From Elusimicrobiota bacterium (GTDB lineage Bacteria > Elusimicrobiota > UBA8919): DNA of 64,000 bases. A program made the position numbers and the translations under genes. Positions within the stretch are counted from its first letter, which is position 1, and every line of letters begins with the position of its first letter. Below are positions 61,978 to 64,000 of this stretch, in pieces. The DNA lies in the NCBI GenBank assembly GCA_016928195.1, contig JAFGLF010000006.1:10807-74806 (forward strand), written 5' to 3'. Under the pieces are notes generated by a model, which worked only from the letters and a program-made list of their open reading frames with translations, had not been told where the DNA came from and did not search any database.

Positions 61978-62349
61978 ATGATTAAAAAAATACTGATTGT
62001 TGATGACGATAAGAGTATTTTAAGTTTTCTGGAAAAGGCGATACTAAAATTCAACAGTCTTAATATTGTTAAAAGAGCTGATTCCGTTTCCGGCGCTATA
62101 CAGGAGCTTTTAAAAAATTATTACGATATCCTGATAACGGATATAAATATACCTGATGAGTCAGGGTTTTATCTTATTGAATATACTAAAAAGAATTTTC
62201 CTAATTGTAAAATAATAGCAATGAGCGGTGAACCTTCTTTGTTGCGGGATGCGAAAAGATTAAAACTTGAAGGTTATTTATCGAAACCGTTCTCAGTTTT
62301 AAAACTTGCGGAGGAACTAAAAATTATAGACGGAAAAAAGGTTCTGTAA
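61978..62349 (+). CDS. Single-domain response regulator
   Basis: ILIVDDD, ITDI, MSG, SKPF. Confidence 0.88.
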   Translation: MIKKILIVDDDKSILSFLEKAILKFNSLNIVKRADSVSGAIQELLKNYYDILITDINIPDESGFYLIEYTKKNFPNCKIIAMSGEPSLLRDAKRLKLEGYLSKPFSVLKLAEELKIIDGKKVL

Positions 62350-62367
62350 TTCACAAAAGGAGTAAAT

Positions 62368-62913
62368 ATGAAATTTATCCAGAAAAAAATAATAATGAAT
62401 GAGAAGGAAGTGGAAAGGACATTAAAACGTCTTGTTCACGAAATTGTTGAGCAATCAAATAGAATTAATGATTTAGTGCTTATAGGAATTCAAACAAGAG
62501 GTGCTTGTTTAGCCAGGAGAATTTGCCTTGAACTGAAAAAAGTGGCAAAAAGGACGGTGCCTTTGGGTATTTTGGACATTACGCTTTATAGAGATGATGT
62601 TGAGTCGATTTCTCATCAGCCGGTTGTCAAAGAAACAAAGATTCCGTTCGATGTAACCGGAAAAGAGGTTGTTCTTATTGATGATGTTCTTTTCACTGGC
62701 AGAACAATAAGAGCAGCAATCGATGAGATAATTGACTTTGGCAGACCAAAAATAATAAAACTGGCGGTTCTTATTGACAAAGGCGGACGTGAAATTCCGA
62801 TACAGCCGGATTTTGTCGGCAAAAGATTTCCGACTTCCAAAGAAGAACTGATACGTGTTAGTTTAAAAGAGATAGATGAAAAAGATAATGTTGTCTTGAA
62901 GGAGATGAAATGA
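62368..62913 (+). CDS. pyrR: PyrR bifunctional regulator/uracil phosphoribosyltransferase
   Basis: GIQTRG, LDITLYRDD, VLIDDVLFTGRT. Confidence 0.96.
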   Translation: MKFIQKKIIMNEKEVERTLKRLVHEIVEQSNRINDLVLIGIQTRGACLARRICLELKKVAKRTVPLGILDITLYRDDVESISHQPVVKETKIPFDVTGKEVVLIDDVLFTGRTIRAAIDEIIDFGRPKIIKLAVLIDKGGREIPIQPDFVGKRFPTSKEELIRVSLKEIDEKDNVVLKEMK

Positions 62914-63016
62914 ACCCCTCACCTCCTGGCAAAGTAATTATGATAGCAGGGCGGGTATATACGGATGTATTTTTTCAAGATATAGTAACTCAAATATGCA
63001 TTATAGGAGGAGCGGG

Positions 63017-63964
63017 GTGAAACTGGAACATAAGGATTTATTAGGACTTGAGTATTTATCAAAATCCGAAATAGAACTTATACTTCGGACGGCAAAACCA
63101 TTTAAGGAAATTTTTACAAGAACCGTAAAAAAAGTACCGACATTAAGAGGCAAGACCGTTGTTCTTCTGTTTTATGAACCTTCAACGAGAACAAGGACGT
63201 CGTTTGAGCTTGCAGCAAAGCGTCTCAGTGCGGATACGGTAAATATTGCCGTTTCATCATCGGCAGTTGTAAAAGGGGAATCACTTATAGATACTGCAAA
63301 AACAGTTGAGGCTATGAAAGCCGATTTTATCGTTATCAGACACAATATGTCAGGGGCTGCACATATTATTGCAAATACAGTTTCTTCTTCAATAGTAAAT
63401 GCAGGTGACGGAATGCATGAACATCCGACACAGGGTCTTTTGGATATGTTCACAATTATGGAAAAGAAGGGAAAGATAAAAGGGTTGAATATTGCGATTA
63501 TCGGAGATATTATGCATTCCAGGGTTGCGAGGTCAAATATATGGGGATTGAATAAATTAGGAGCCAATGTATTTGTTGTAGGGCCGTCAACTCTTATACC
63601 AAAAGAGATTAAAAAAATGGATGTTGAGGTTCATCACAATATTACGGAAATTGTTCATAAAATGGATGTTATAAATATTTTGAGGATACAGAAAGAAAGA
63701 CTGGAACAGAACCTTTTTCCGACGCTTGAGGAATATAGTGAGGTTTTCGGAATTAATTCGCAAAAACTTAAAAAAGCCAAAGATGACATTTTGATACTGC
63801 ATCCTGGCCCTATGAACAGGGGTATTGAAATATCATCAGAAGTCGCGGATAGTAAGAATTCTGCGATTACTGAACAGGTTACAAACGGAATAGCTGTAAG
63901 AATGGCTGTTCTTTACTTGCTTGCCGGGGATACTGGAGGTAAAAGTGAAATTATTAATCCTTAA
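63017..63964 (+). CDS. pyrB: Aspartate carbamoyltransferase catalytic subunit
   Basis: FYEPSTRTR, HEHPTQ, HPGPMNRG; GTG 63017 after AGGAGG. Confidence 0.97.
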   Translation: MKLEHKDLLGLEYLSKSEIELILRTAKPFKEIFTRTVKKVPTLRGKTVVLLFYEPSTRTRTSFELAAKRLSADTVNIAVSSSAVVKGESLIDTAKTVEAMKADFIVIRHNMSGAAHIIANTVSSSIVNAGDGMHEHPTQGLLDMFTIMEKKGKIKGLNIAIIGDIMHSRVARSNIWGLNKLGANVFVVGPSTLIPKEIKKMDVEVHHNITEIVHKMDVINILRIQKERLEQNLFPTLEEYSEVFGINSQKLKKAKDDILILHPGPMNRGIEISSEVADSKNSAITEQVTNGIAVRMAVLYLLAGDTGGKSEIINP

Positions 63965-64000
63965 TGGAATTGTTTGTGATCCTGCAAATAAATTTAAGAG
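63945..64000 (+). CDS. pyrC: Dihydroorotase N-terminus (truncated by window)
   Basis: GGAGG then GTG; VKLLILNGIVCDPAN; position after pyrB. Confidence 0.6.
   Translation, partial: MKLLILNGIVCDPANKFK

Noticed and set aside
62914-63016. PyrR-binding attenuator before pyrB
   Set aside because: No ARUCCNGNGAGGYU motif; only a weak hairpin and T-run.

Overview
AT-rich bacterial chromosome segment, almost entirely + strand. The gene content suggests a diderm anaerobe, possibly Elusimicrobia-like (inference only). Order: surface-glycan genes (GT-C/GT2/GT4, WcaJ-type, NDP-sugar transferase, cupin, PMM); metK-ahcY; an outer-membrane/secretion block (TraF/PorV-like barrel, M6 protease with FlgD-Ig/T9SS-like C-terminal domain, PorV-like protein, RAYT transposase, lptG/lptF, 1731-aa SprA-like protein behind a c-di-GMP-I riboswitch); gap-pgk-apgM-secG-tRNA-Leu; a dispersed corrinoid methyltransferase set interleaved with galE/tkt; nrdR-redoxin-(broken nrdG)-nrdD-dut-guaB-guaA-thyA; and a long pur/pyr operon interrupted by an M.TaqI-like methylase plus putative nuclease. 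The most striking signal is non-coding: several families of periodic inverted-repeat hairpins (7-11-nt units), 35-60 bp TAAA-flanked palindromes and CCGCC..GGCGG mini-palindromes. They fill gene junctions, sit between Shine-Dalgarno and start codons, occur in frame inside housekeeping enzymes and signal peptides, and replace both apical loops of the riboswitch. All calls are by eye; no searches or folding programs were run.
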